From the NCBI GenBank assembly GCA_030615175.1, contig JAUWZX010000001.1, positions 460,044-524,043 on the forward strand: a DNA stretch of 64,000 bases, given 5' to 3'. The first letter of the stretch is position 1, and each line of letters starts with the position of its first letter. Origin of the DNA: Candidatus Parvarchaeota archaeon. GTDB lineage: Archaea > Nanobdellota > Nanobdellia > WJKC01. The notes below the pieces were generated by a model. It did not search any database and had not been told where the DNA came from. It saw only the letters and a program-made list of their open reading frames with translations. The translations under genes and the position numbers were made by a program. This document shows positions 63,902 through 64,000 of the stretch, piece by piece.

Positions 63902-64000
63902 ATGAACATCCTGCATGTAATTAAAAGGGTTAGATTAATGGTTGGGGAGCGCGAGCCTTACGCGTTTAAAAATCCTTTCCGCGTGTTAATAACCACGGTT
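63902..64000 (+). CDS. possible endonuclease III / HhH-GPD family protein (N-terminal fragment)
   Basis: MNILHVIKRVRLMVGEREPYAFKNPFRVLITTV... resembles the Nth N-terminus (NPF-x2-LI-x-T). Truncated by the window edge. Confidence 0.35.
   Translation, partial: MNILHVIKRVRLMVGEREPYAFKNPFRVLITTV

Overview
AT-rich archaeal window. The gene content suggests a small-genome, DPANN-like lineage: eL19, eL32, eS4 and eL15 genes, aSUI1 and RNase P Rpp29 inside the r-protein operon, an intron-containing tRNA, and purine-rich BRE plus TATA promoters about 27 nt before start codons. The lineage call is inference. Layout: (i) 1-9842, one minus-strand ribosomal-protein operon (uL3 to eL19) with an HD-hydrolase gene inserted between eL32 and eL19. 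(ii) 10-21 kb, mostly ORFan genes (SWIM zinc-finger protein, membrane proteins, nucleotidyltransferase, HExxH and JAMM proteins), ending at an intron-containing tRNA-Ser(GGA). (iii) 21-36 kb, housekeeping and envelope genes (dGTPase-like HD, DeoC, glycosyltransferase plus PIG-L deacetylase, DedA, MscS-like, nitrilase-family, parvulin, eL15). (iv) 36.6-44.6 kb, seven small gene cassettes separated by eight same-orientation copies of a conserved junction element (five full 39-nt copies, three shorter or variant ones); they include a very AT-rich HEPN (ApeA-like) candidate defence gene. (v) 45.3-56.5 kb, a 2087-aa secreted cysteine-repeat protein coupled to an 85-aa membrane protein, bracketed by two direct-repeat paralogs of a wHTH plus degenerate-Nudix regulator. 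(vi) 54.8-59.0 kb, a cluster of two paralogous radical-SAM enzymes, a divergent QueC-like PP-loop ATPase and an ASCH-like protein. (vii) 59-64 kb, GH130, GDPD-like, sugar epimerase, HtpX, LemA. The three leads most worth follow-up are the cassette array, the giant Cys-repeat protein with its partner, and the rSAM/QueC-like cluster. No CRISPR array, integrase or transposase was recognised.
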